This document shows, piece after piece, positions 21,389 to 31,281 of a stretch of DNA of 64,000 nucleotides. Numbering within the stretch: position 1 is the first letter of the stretch; every line of letters starts with the position of its first letter. The position numbers and the translations under genes were made by a program. The DNA is from an uncultured Candidatus Entotheonella sp. GTDB lineage: Bacteria > Tectomicrobia > Entotheonellia > Entotheonellales > Entotheonellaceae. Under the pieces are notes generated by a model that saw only the letters and a list, made by a program, of their open reading frames with translations, had not been told where the DNA came from and did no database searches. The stretch lies in the NCBI GenBank assembly GCA_965217185.1, contig OZ244252.1, forward strand, positions 2,496,001 through 2,560,000. The letters are read 5' to 3'.

Positions 21389-22822
21389 ATGATGTGCGGT
21401 AGCAAACTGAAACGCGTCGGGTTTCGCACCACCCTGATGCTTGTGCTTGTCTTTCTGTCCGTTGTGGCAACCGCAGCACCGGTGCTTGCCAGGACCACTG
21501 AGCCGCCGGCCGCCAAGGTGTTGACGCTCGACGAAGCCGTAGCGCTGGCGATCCGCAACAGCCCGGAAATCAAGGCCGAGCAATTTGCCGTCCTGATACG
21601 CCAAAGCCAGCGCGCCCAGGCTGACGCCGCCCGCTTCGCCCAGCTTGACGTCACCATCGTCGGTGGCCCGTCGTCGCGCGCCCGCGGCAACCAGTTCGAC
21701 TCACCGGATTCCAAGAACGCCGCCGCCGTGTCGGGCGCTTTCGGCCTGGCGACCTTCAGCATCGTCCAGCCGCTTTATGCGTTCGGCAAAATCAACAACC
21801 TGCGCACCGCCGCCAGCCATGGGTTAGCCGTTGAAGAAGCCCGCGTGCACCAGAAGGCGACGGAAGTGGCGATGCTGGTGCGCGAGGCGTATTACGGCTA
21901 CCTGCTGGCCGCCTCCCTGGAAAATCTGGCCCTGGAAATCGGCGTTCAGCTCGGCGGCACGATGAAGAAGGTGCAGCGCCAACTCGACGCCGAGGTGCCC
22001 GGCGTTGACAACGTGGACCTGCTCAAGCTGCGCACCTTTCAAGGCCAGTTGGAAAAACAACTGAACGACATCCGCCAGGGCAAGGGGTTGGCGTTGGCGG
22101 GCCTGCGTACCCTGACGGGGCTGGAACCGTCGCTGCCCATTCAACTGGCCGATACCCGGCTGCAACCGCTGGAACGCCAGGCGCCGACGCTCGATGAATC
22201 CCTCAGCGACGCGCAGCGGCTGCGGCCTGAATTCGTCCAGGCGCGCGAGGGTATTCAGGCGTTCGAGCGCCTGCTGGCGGCGGCCGAGGCCGATTACTAC
22301 CCGGTGCTCTTCGTGGGGCTGTTCGGCAGCCTGGCGGAGGCCACCAATCGCAGCCGCCTCAGCAATCCCTTCCTCAGCGACCCGCTGATGGACGACGTGC
22401 TGGCGCCGGTCGTCGGCATGCGCTGGCACTTCGACCTTGGCGTCACCGCGGCCAAGGTTGATGAGGTGGCGGCCGAGCTCGGCCAGGTGCAGCAGCAGCA
22501 CGCCTTGGCGGAGCAGGGCATCCCCTTCCAGGTGCGGCAGGCCTACCTTGAACTGGAGCAGCATCAGGCCAACATCACCGCCACCCGCAAGGCGTTCCGC
22601 AGCGGGCGCCAGTGGCTGGTAGCGGCAGTGGCCAATTTCGATCTCGGCGTCGGCGAAGGCAAGGACGTGGCCGAGGCCGCGCTCGCCTATGCGCAACTGC
22701 ACGCCGCCTATTTCCAAGCCGTTTACAACTACAACATCAGCCTCGCCAAGCTCGACCACCGAGCCGGCCGCGACGTGGCCGAGGTGCGCCAGCACCTGCC
22801 GGCGGTGCCGCAGGTGCGGTGA
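21389..22822 (+). CDS. TolC-family outer membrane protein
   Basis: signal peptide, LTLDEAVALAIRNSP, two OEP-like repeats (VREAYYGYLLA; VRQAYLEL...AVYNYNISLAKL). Confidence 0.8.
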   Translation: MMCGSKLKRVGFRTTLMLVLVFLSVVATAAPVLARTTEPPAAKVLTLDEAVALAIRNSPEIKAEQFAVLIRQSQRAQADAARFAQLDVTIVGGPSSRARGNQFDSPDSKNAAAVSGAFGLATFSIVQPLYAFGKINNLRTAASHGLAVEEARVHQKATEVAMLVREAYYGYLLAASLENLALEIGVQLGGTMKKVQRQLDAEVPGVDNVDLLKLRTFQGQLEKQLNDIRQGKGLALAGLRTLTGLEPSLPIQLADTRLQPLERQAPTLDESLSDAQRLRPEFVQAREGIQAFERLLAAAEADYYPVLFVGLFGSLAEATNRSRLSNPFLSDPLMDDVLAPVVGMRWHFDLGVTAAKVDEVAAELGQVQQQHALAEQGIPFQVRQAYLELEQHQANITATRKAFRSGRQWLVAAVANFDLGVGEGKDVAEAALAYAQLHAAYFQAVYNYNISLAKLDHRAGRDVAEVRQHLPAVPQVR

Positions 22823-22842
22823 GGCGCAGACGGGATAAGGAT

Positions 22843-23463
22843 ATGACTATGCTGGGCAGATGGGTTGTCGGGATCGTGGTGTTGGGCCTGCTGGCGGGGA
22901 CCGCCGCTGCCGGAGAACCGCTGGAGAAAATTCGCGACACCGTCGAGGACGTGCTCGCCGTTCTCGCCGACGAAAGCCTGCGGGCCCCGGAGGGCCGGGA
23001 ATTGCGCCGCCAGAAGTTGCGCCAGGCGGTGTATCAGCGGTTCGGCTTTGAAGAGATGACCCGGCGCGCCTTGGGGCGGCATTGGCGTGGCCTGAACGCG
23101 GACCAGCGGCAGGAATTCGTCGGCCTGTTCAGCGACCTGCTGGAGCGCTCCTACGTCGGCAAGATCGAGGCCACCGGGGCGGGCAGCGAGGTCGCTTATG
23201 GCAGGGAAACGATCGATGACGAGGGCTTTGCCTCGGTCCTGTCCGTGATAACCAATCGTCTGGGCTCACAGATCGAGGTGGAATACCGCCTGCTGCAACG
23301 CGACGGCGAGACGGCCTGGGAAGTGTATGACATCGTCATCGAAGGCGTCAGCCTGATCAACAACTACCGCACCCAGTTCAACAACATCATCCATCGCACG
23401 TCCTACGACGGCCTCGTCAACCAACTGCGCCTCAAGCAAGAGCAGGAAGAAGCGGCGGATTGA
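22843..23463 (+). CDS. mlaC: MlaC/Ttg2D-family substrate-binding protein
   Basis: FEEMTRRALGRHW...VYDIVIEGVSLINNYRTQF. Confidence 0.88.
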   Translation: MTMLGRWVVGIVVLGLLAGTAAAGEPLEKIRDTVEDVLAVLADESLRAPEGRELRRQKLRQAVYQRFGFEEMTRRALGRHWRGLNADQRQEFVGLFSDLLERSYVGKIEATGAGSEVAYGRETIDDEGFASVLSVITNRLGSQIEVEYRLLQRDGETAWEVYDIVIEGVSLINNYRTQFNNIIHRTSYDGLVNQLRLKQEQEEAAD

Positions 23464-23468
23464 AGTGC

Positions 23469-24354
23469 ATGACGGCGCCACGCTTCAAACCGGCCTTCTT
23501 CGACTTCCTGCGTGAACTGAAGGCCAACAACGAGCGGTCGTGGTTCGAGGCCAACAAGGCGCGTTACCACGCTGACGTGCGCGACCCGATGCTCGATTTC
23601 ATCGCCGCCTTCGCCGAGCCGCTCGCCGACATCAGCCCGCACTTCGTTGCCGACCCGCGCGCCAACGGCGGCTCTCTCTTCAGAATCTACCGCGATACCC
23701 GCTTCTCCCCCGACAAGACGCCCTACAAGACCAACGCCGGGGCGCATTTCCGCCACGCCGCCGGTAAGGACGCCCACGCCCCCGGCTTCTACCTGCACCT
23801 GGAGCCCGGCGCGTGTTTTGCCGCCTGCGGCATCTGGCATCCGGGCGGCGACGCATTGGCTGAAATCCGCAACGCCATCATTGAGGACCCCGTCCGCTGG
23901 ACCCGCATGACGCAAGCGAAAGCCTTCCGCGACACGTTCACGCTGATGGGGCAATCCCTGCAGCGCCCGCCTCGGGGTTACGACGCCGCCCATCCCCTGA
24001 TCGACGACCTCAAACGCAAGGGTGTAAGTCCGAAATTGAGCGATTCTGAGGGGGTTTGGTACGGCTTGGGGACATGATTGATGCGCGAGGTGACAAAGTG
24101 TCACGTAGGACGGTGGGTGATGGGCAGCACTCCTCTGGGGTATTGTTGGTTTATCTACAAAATTGGCGCACGGACGGGCCGCCTAACTGGTCAATTTGAG
24201 ACCTACGCCCAAACGCAAGGACTTCGTCGCGGCAACGGTGTTCCACGAAGCTGACGCCATCCGACCCGATTTCCTCCAGCACTTTGCCCAAATTGCACGT
24301 GGCGGTGCTGCGTTCGTCGGATTCCTGTCGCGGGCGGTTGGGGTGTCGTTTTAG
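23469..24354 (+). pseudogene. DUF2461/TIGR02453 protein disrupted by MITE copy 3
   Basis: NNERSWFEANKARY, FRIYRDTRFSPDKTPYK. Confidence 0.85.
24020..24210 (+). mobile_element. 191-bp MITE, copy 3
   Basis: TSD AAACGCAA; the empty site is present in the duplicate at about 25908-25915. Confidence 0.95.
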
Positions 24355-24669
24355 GCCTCCTACCGAGCGGTCAGATTCGGCAGGCTATGCAAATGGAACA
24401 GTACCGCTTAGCCCCGTCGGGAGAACGATGACAACACCAGCCTGCACCCGGCACTTCTGGGGAAAGTCGGACCGGGAAGATCCACAGCGCATCCACCTGC
24501 TGGAGCACCACCGCACACGCGGGGATAGACCGTCACCTCGGCAGTGCGCCCATCCTCAGTTTCGGGTTCCCCCGCACACGCGGGGATAGACCACAAACTG
24601 GGCTTGGCGCCGCCGGTTCGCAACCGGTTCCCCCGCACACGCGGGGATAGACCCGAATCCGTATATCCC

Positions 24670-25450
24670 TGTGGAACCGCGAAAATCCTGACACCAAATG
24701 CACAACAATTCTGACAACAAAGCACCCACCAACCGCTCTTTTGAAACGCCTTCACACTGGAATTCTGTCATAACACAGGGAAAAACCCAGGAATCCTGGC
24801 ACCCCACGCAGGCCTGTTCCGCTTCCACCCCACCAGACTCGAACTTGCTTCACGCACCAACCGAGGTATCATGTCAACCAAAGGAGAACCACTCATGGCC
24901 GCACAGTCCGAAGCAACGCCTACGCCTGCTTCAGCAAAAATCAAGGAATGGCTGGGTGTCGCCGCCGGTGCCGCCACCGTCGCCGCTCTTATCATCGCCG
25001 GGATGTTCGGCGCCATCAAATTGGCCAACGCGCCCCTGCAAGCCGACATTCAAGCTATCCACGGACGCTTGGACCGCATGCAAACCGACACCGCCAGCCT
25101 GCAACGAGAAGTCACTGCCTTGCGGCAAGACATAAACGGCGAATTCAAAGCCGTACGCAAAGACCTCGCAACCCTCAGCGAACGCCTGACGCGAGTGGAA
25201 ACCTTGCTCGAACAGAATGCCGGCCAACCCAAACCCGTCACCACACCGGAACCAGAGTGACAAAATCCTGACTCTGCATGCCGAACACGACAGCAGACAT
25301 CCCGAACAAGCCAAGCCTTACCGCCTTCCAAAGTACTCTTGCCTCTCCATACATGACGCCAATCACACCTGCACCGCACCACACAAATCCCGGCACAAAC
25401 AGAAACCACAGGAATTCTGGCATTTCGGACAGAATTCCTGTGGTTCCACA
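24670..25450. mobile_element. non-autonomous TGT...ACA element inside the CRISPR array
   Basis: IR TGTGGAACCGCGAAAATCCTG / TGTGGAACCACAGGAATTCTG; several subterminal AAT(C/T)CTG motifs; no clean TSD. Confidence 0.7.
24871..25260 (+). CDS. small TM plus coiled-coil protein
   Basis: TM GVAAGAATVAALIIAGMFGAI; ends LSERLTRVETLLEQ; paralogs at 60890 and 62147. Confidence 0.7.
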   Translation: MSTKGEPLMAAQSEATPTPASAKIKEWLGVAAGAATVAALIIAGMFGAIKLANAPLQADIQAIHGRLDRMQTDTASLQREVTALRQDINGEFKAVRKDLATLSERLTRVETLLEQNAGQPKPVTTPEPE

Positions 25451-26124
25451 CAGATCGTCACCGACGCACCTACGGGTTCCCCCGCACACGCGGGGATAGA
25501 CCCCGGCGGACTGCTTCTCAAACAGTTCGACGGCCGGTTCCCCCGCACACGCGGGGATAGACCACCCACAAAGAACCGCACGGCCCTGTCAAGTGCGGTT
25601 CCCCCGCACACGCGGGGATAGACCCGCGCTGCGCCAGGCGCATTTCCGCCACGCCGCCGGTAAGGACGCCCACGCCCCCGGCTTCTACCTGCACCTGGAG
25701 CCCGGCGCGTGTTTTGCCGCCTGCGGCATCTGGCACCCGGGCGGCGACGCATTGGCTGAAATCCGCAACGCCATCATTGAGGACTCCGCCAGCTGGACCC
25801 GCATGACGCAAGCGAAAGCCTTCCGCGACACGTTCACGCTGATGGGGCAATCCCTGCAGCGCCCGCCTCGGGGTTGCGACGCCGCCCATCCCCTGATCGA
25901 CGACCTCAAACGCAAGGACTTCGTCGCGGCAACGGTGTTCCACGAAGCTGACGCCATCCGACCCGATTTCCTCCAGCGCTTTGCCCAAATTGCACGTGGC
26001 GGTGCTGCGTTCGTCGGATTCCTGTCGCGGGCGGTTGGGGTGTCGTTTTAGGCCTCCTACCGAGCGGTCAGATTCGGCAGGCTATGCAAATGGAACAGTA
26101 CCGCTTAGCCCCGTCGGGAGAACG

Positions 26125-26905
26125 ATGACAACACCAGCCTACACCCGGTACTTCTGGGAAAATCGGACCGGGAAGATCCACAGCGCATCCACCTGCTGGA
26201 GCACCACATGGCGGACGTGGGCGCGTGCTTCGAAGCGCTGCTGGCGCAGCCGACTATCCGCCAGCGCTTGGCCCGGTCCGGGGGCTTGACTTGCCTCGAC
26301 GACGCCACGGTCGCCCGCTTGGCCGTGCTCGCCGCACTACACGACATCGGCAAGGCCAACGTCGGATTTCAGGCGCAGATATGGCGTCCTGAAGACGTGC
26401 CTAGGGGTAGGAAAATCCGGCATAACGGCCACATCGCCGACTTGGCACCGGTGCTGAATTGGAAAGACGGACAGACAGCGGCATGGTTCTTTGAAGGGTT
26501 GCAATGGAGCGAGCTTGAACAATGGGACGATGCACAAGGAAACACGGTCTGCGGTTTGTTCCTGGCCTCTCTGTCACATCACGGTCGTCCATTCCAATTC
26601 GACGATCCCAAAAAGGACGAAAATCCTCGTGCCTGGGAACATCTGGGCCAACTCGAACCGCGGCAATTCGTCGAGCGCGTGGGCCAATTGATTCGCCACT
26701 GGTTTCCGCAGGCGTTCAGCCATGACGCACCCCTACTACCACCCGCCCCTTCCTTCCAACATCATTTTTTGGGTTTGTGCAATCTTGCGGATTGGGTCGG
26801 CTCCAATGAGACATGGTTTAAGTACATCGATACCCCGGACGATGATTACATCGACAGGGCCAGGGAAAGAGCCGAGGGGGCCATTAAAGCCATTGGGCTA
26901 CACCT
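26125..26905 (+). pseudogene. cas3: cas3 N-terminal HD nuclease domain (frameshift at about 26160, truncated)
   Basis: HLLEHHMADV, LHDIGKA, SHHG, LADWVGS; adjacent to the I-E array. Confidence 0.88.
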
Positions 26906-27206
26906 GAGTAACCATGTTGTCAATGCGACATGTTGTTCCTCTCACTCACAGCGCAAGCTGTCGCTACCTCACCTCCCGAGATACTGGCTCAGTAGCCAAT
27001 ACCAAGCGTTACGTAACGGCAGACAACGGCTTTCTCCGGCCCCCTACCCTGTGGCGGCTTGAGTAACCCTGTTGTCAACGCGACATGTTGTTCCTCCGGT
27101 GAGCCCGTTTCAAAGTGGGGGGAGCGTCGCTCTGCGCCATGGCCGGGCTTACGCACACGTTGGCGGAGTGGCTGCCCAGGTCCTATCCTGGGCAATCAGC
27201 GTATTA

Positions 27207-28100
27207 GGCATCATCGCAAGGTTTGTATCCAGAATTACTCTAAGGCCACATAAGCCGGCTGCGCGACTTCAGCGTGCCGCCTTGGCGATCTTGTAGGCCG
27301 TTGCCCTGCCAATGCCCAGTTGTTTCGCAGCTTGCCCCGGTGTCAATCCAGCCTCGACAAGGGTTTGCGCGGCTGACACGGTCTCCCGGTCGAGTGGCGG
27401 GCGACCGGGCCTCCTGCCGCGTTTTCTGGCGGCCGCAATACCGTCGCGCGTGCGCTCGGAGATGAGCCGACGCTCGAAGTGGGCGATTGCTCCAAAGACA
27501 TGGAACACCAGTTCGCCGGCGGCCGAGGTCGTATCGATGCGTTCCTCGAGGCTGACGAGGTGGATGTCGCGTGTCTTGAGGTTCTCGACCGTTTCGAGCA
27601 GTTCCTTGAGAGAACGCCCGAGGCGGTCGAGGCGGGTGACACAGAGACTGTCGCCGGGGCGGGCATGGTCGATCAGCGCGCTCAGCCCGGGGCGCTCGAA
27701 CTGTCGTCCGGAGATCACGTCGCCGAAGACGCGGATGGCCCGGCGTGGCGCAACCGGTCTTCCTGGCCGGAGACATCCTGGTCCGCGGTCGACACGCGGG
27801 CATAGCCGAGAACATCGCCACTGTGGGTCGTCTTGGCCGTCTCTTTAACGCTTGCTTTAGGGACGGTCTTTCGGTGCTCAACTTTGGTCCCGTTCAAGGC
27901 ACTCAGATTGTCTCTTTATCCGTCTCAATACTTTGGGAGGTCTCAAAACGGCAGACAGCCTTTTGGAGACGCGCCATGGCGTCAAAATGCTTCTCTTGAA
28001 TGCCTGTGGGGCAAGAATCCGTGCGTAGAAAAACCGAAGCCATTCAGGATGCCTTGGCCTTCCTTACGGTAATTCTGGATACAAACCTTGCGATGACCCC
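27207..28100. mobile_element. Tn3-derived miniature element (TIME-like) with a frameshifted resolvase (27269-27897, minus strand)
   Basis: 38-bp IRs GGCATCATCGCAAGGTTTGTATCCAGAATTACTCTAAG / GGGGTCATCGCAAGGTTTGTATCCAGAATTACCGTAAG. Confidence 0.88.
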
Positions 28101-28162
28101 TCATAGGGTTTATGGGCGGCTGCCGACCTTTTCCACACGACAGGTGGAAAACACCCCCTAGT

Positions 28163-28293
28163 TGTAGCGACCTGAGACTATCGGCCGTCGGACCTGATCA
28201 TCGCCGTTTTGGGCCCAGATTATTTGAGACTGTAATTTGGCTTCGGCCCACATTATTTGAGAATGAGCCCACATTAGCTGAGACGGACCCACC
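28163..28293 (+). mobile_element. orphan IS21-like end with multiple internal repeats
   Basis: TGTAGCGACCTGAGA followed by about 4 GCCCACATTA-TGAGA-type repeats; related starts at 27050 and 59372. Confidence 0.5.
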
Positions 28294-28312
28294 TTGTTGA
28301 GACTGGAGCCGG

Positions 28313-28696
28313 GTGATGCGCCAACTCAACAAAGGCGAATCCCTTCACGACCTGCGCGCCTACTTGATGATCGCCAACAAGGGCCACGTGCGCCGGAACC
28401 GCAGTGAAGACCTGGCCAATCAGGCCAGTTGTCTCAATCTGGTGACCAATGCCGTCATCTTGTGGGACACCGTCTACATGGCAGGAGCAGTGGCGCAGCT
28501 CAGACGCGAAGGCTATCCCATCCACGACAGCGATCTTGCCCGCGTCTGGCCAACACGCTACGGGCATCTGAATGTCTACAACCATTTTCACTTCGACGTC
28601 GAGGAGGCGCAGCGGCGCAAGGGACTACGACCGTTTCGGGGAGCCGTCGGCAGGATTCCTTAACAACCAAAATTGTTCCATTACTATCGGAAACCC
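28313..28696 (+). mobile_element. Tn3 transposase 3' fragment plus an intact 38-bp IR (28659-28696)
   Basis: QLNKGESLHDL...LNLVTNAVILWDTVY; IR reverse complement GGGTTTCCGATAGTAATGGAACAATTTTGGTTGTTAAG. Confidence 0.85.
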
Positions 28697-28806
28697 TAAA
28701 AGGCCGAGGTGCGGCTGTCGAACGCGAGCGCCGCGTTCCTGAGAAGGACAGTTCCGGACGCCGCCTGATGCCCACGGGGAACAGACGAATCATGAGGAGA
28801 GAATCA

Positions 28807-29243
28807 ATGCCAAATCTATTTACCTACGCGACAAAGGAACTTTCCCAGGACGCCATGATCTGCTGGCTTATCGAGTGGTCAGCGGTGCAGGTCGCCAATG
28901 AATCCCAGCAGGCGCTCCGAGACCTTGGACGCGCGTTCGTCCAGGCGCTGCTCGGCAAGCACCGCGTGAATCTGGCCGGAGCCATCAGGCATGCGGAGAT
29001 TCACCAGCAGGACCGAAGCATTGACGTACTCGCACGTATCCAGGATGAACACGCGGGGCACGTGTTCCTGATCGAAGACAAGACAGGCACCAAGGACACC
29101 AGCGACAAACTGCAGCGGTACCAGGATGCCGTGAGCAGCGGGAAAACGAAACTGGGGGAAGTCCCCGAACATTGGCCGATATACCTCAAGACCGGCAACC
29201 AGTCACATGCCGAGGATCGCAAGGTCGAAGAAATCGGCTACAA
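28807..29243 (+). pseudogene. PD-(D/E)XK nuclease-like gene truncated by the Tn3 IR
   Basis: MPNLFTYATKELSQDAMICW...IDVL...IEDKTGT...QRY. Confidence 0.7.
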
Positions 29244-29263
29244 GGGGTCGGTTGCGGAAAAGG

Positions 29264-31257
29264 GTAGAGTCGGCGGCTGGCGCGGTAGCGGTAGGCGGAT
29301 GGGGGTAGCTGTTCCCGGCGGCTTTCGCAATGCCGGTGCCTCACTCCCCGCCATAACTCCGTTTCCAGTCGCCGCTCATCGATCCGGACATGCAGATCTC
29401 CTGCATCCGGCTCTCGGACGAGATCATGCCTTCGCCCACGGAAGACCCGCCGTTCGCAGTTTGAGGCGCGTGAGACCGTAATCCTGCCGTAGCCTCTCGT
29501 CTGAGAAGCGCACTAAACCTCCCGACCGCACCTTGTGCTTACGACGAAGCCACCGACGCAGCCGCCGGCTGACGTGCTGATCAATCGCTGCGTAGGCCGG
29601 GCGAACCTGCCCCAGAGTGAAGTAGTTCGCCCACCCGGTCAGAAGCCGGTTCAGGCGTTCTACCACAACCTCTGTTGGCAGGAATCCGTCACGCCGCTTG
29701 GTCAACTCGCTCACACGACGGCAGATGCTTTGGACGCTCGCCGCACTCGGGCGCGTGCCAATGTAGGCGCGGCCCGTATTTGGGCGGTAGTTGCGTCCGA
29801 TCCGGTAGCCGAGGAACTCAATCGGCTCTTCCGGCACCCGGCAGCAACGGGTCTTCTCGGCGTTGACTGTCAACTTCAAACGCTCCATCAGCGCTTGGAC
29901 CGCCGCCAGCATCTCTGCTGCCGGCACTTTGCCGAGCACCGTGAGGTCATCGGCATAGTTGACGATCTCCGCCTTGAAGCGCCGGGCAAAGCCCAGCACC
30001 TTCCAGCCCACAATGAAGCGACGCATGTAGATGTTGCTGAACAACGGCGAGATCGGTGACCCCTGCGGGGTCCCTCTGTGCTCGCGTCGTGCCCGGTTCG
30101 TGCGGCGGCGACCGCCTTTCCCGTCGTCTTCCTCCACCGCCGTCTCCAGCCACGCCTTGATCCAGCCCAACAGCCACCCGTCACTAACGCGCCGGGCAAT
30201 GGACCGCACCAAGTCAGCGTGCGGAATCTGGCCGAAGTAGTCCGACAGGTCCGCGTCTACCACCTCCCGGTGACCTGTGTTCAACAGCCGATGCACACGC
30301 TTGACAGCATCATGCGCACTTCGGCCCGGCCGGTAGGCATATTGCTCCGGTTGCAAGTCGGCCTCGAAGATCGGCGACAGCACCAACATCGCCGCCGTCT
30401 GCGCCACCCGATCCCGCAGACACGGTATGCCCAACGGACGGAACTTCCCGCGTTGCTTCTTCGGGATGAGAACCTGCCGCACCGCTCGCGGTCGGTAGGT
30501 CCCCGCACCGGCAGGTCCCGCGCCAGTTCCTCCAGCCAGCGTTCTACCCCAAACGCCTCGATGTCCGCCACCGTCTCGCCGTCAACCCCAGCCGCACCGC
30601 CATTGCGACGCACCATCTGCCAGGCAACTGCGAGCACGTCGTCGCGCCGCACCTTGTCGCTCAGAGAGTAGAACCGCAGGCCCGGAGCTTCCTTCGCTTT
30701 CGCATGTAACGCCGTCTGGAGTCGCTGAACTTTCGCTGAGGCTGTTAGGCTTTCACCAGTCCCCATGTCCCTTCCTCCTTTGTGCGTTGCTCTCGAACCA
30801 AGGCCCCTTCCCTCTGCCGGCATTACCCGGCTTCATCGGTACTTCGGGCCTCTCCGCCACCCTGCCGGCCCGACCTGGCCCTCGCGGGCTGTCGGTTGGC
30901 GCGTGCCACGCCACCGGACAGGGCTTCCCGTGTTGCGTCCATTCCCCTCTTCCATGCGTGCTGCCGCCACTACCCCGGCGGAACCTGTCGGTGCGTATGT
31001 CGCTCGCTTCCCGACAAGTATCAGCCTTCCCCGATTTCACGGCGGGTCGGCTTCCGCATTGCGCGTTTCGGGGCCTGCTCGGCGTTCACTGGTGTTGCGG
31101 CCCGCATGGTCGCTAAGCCGCCCTTGGCGGCCCGTTGCATCGGAGTGCTTCAGACGATGTCGTTACCTCCATCATCCGCTCCGACTGCTACCGGCTGGAG
31201 CGACAGTTGCCGGACGGGATTCGCACCCGCTGAAGAATGGCGCCTTGCACGGCGCAC
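29264..31257 (-). ncRNA. group II intron (IIB-like), full length
   Basis: 5' GTGCG, domain V GAGCCGGATGCAGGAGATCTGCATGTCCGGATC, 3' ...CCGACTCTAC; encodes an RT. Confidence 0.92.
29424..30766 (-). pseudogene. group II intron RT/maturase, frameshifted at about 30505, no endonuclease domain
   Basis: RPLGIPCLRDR, GTPQGSPISPL, NYADD, GWANYF; N-terminus LQTALHAKAK...RFYSL lies in another frame. Confidence 0.88.
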
Positions 31258-31281
31258 GCGAAATGACACGCTAAGGAGAAG

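Larger units (their letters stand above)
24511..25624 (+). CRISPR. type I-E-like CRISPR array: 1 partial and 5 full repeats, four intact 33-bp spacers and one spacer interrupted by an insertion
   Basis: GGTTCCCCCGCACACGCGGGGATAGACC at 24565, 24626, 25475, 25536, 25597 (partial at 24511); 61-bp period. Confidence 0.93.
23741..26207 (+). repeat. about 572-bp direct duplication (23741-24511 including the MITE; 25637-26207) of the DUF2461 3' half plus cas3 5' end, flanking the CRISPR array
   Basis: near-identical sequence; the second copy has the empty MITE site. Confidence 0.92.

Noticed and set aside
24532..25596. Spacer matches to mobile elements within the window
   Set aside because: None seen by eye; a BLAST search is needed.
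25625..25657. Possible self-targeting spacer matching DUF2461
   Set aside because: Identity begins 12 bp after the repeat and continues for 570 bp with no following repeat, so it is a duplication junction.
29424..30766. RT near a CRISPR locus as a possible RT-Cas1, retron or DGR
   Set aside because: It has a maturase X domain and is enclosed by group II intron RNA domains; no Cas1 fusion, msr/msd or TR/VR pair was seen.
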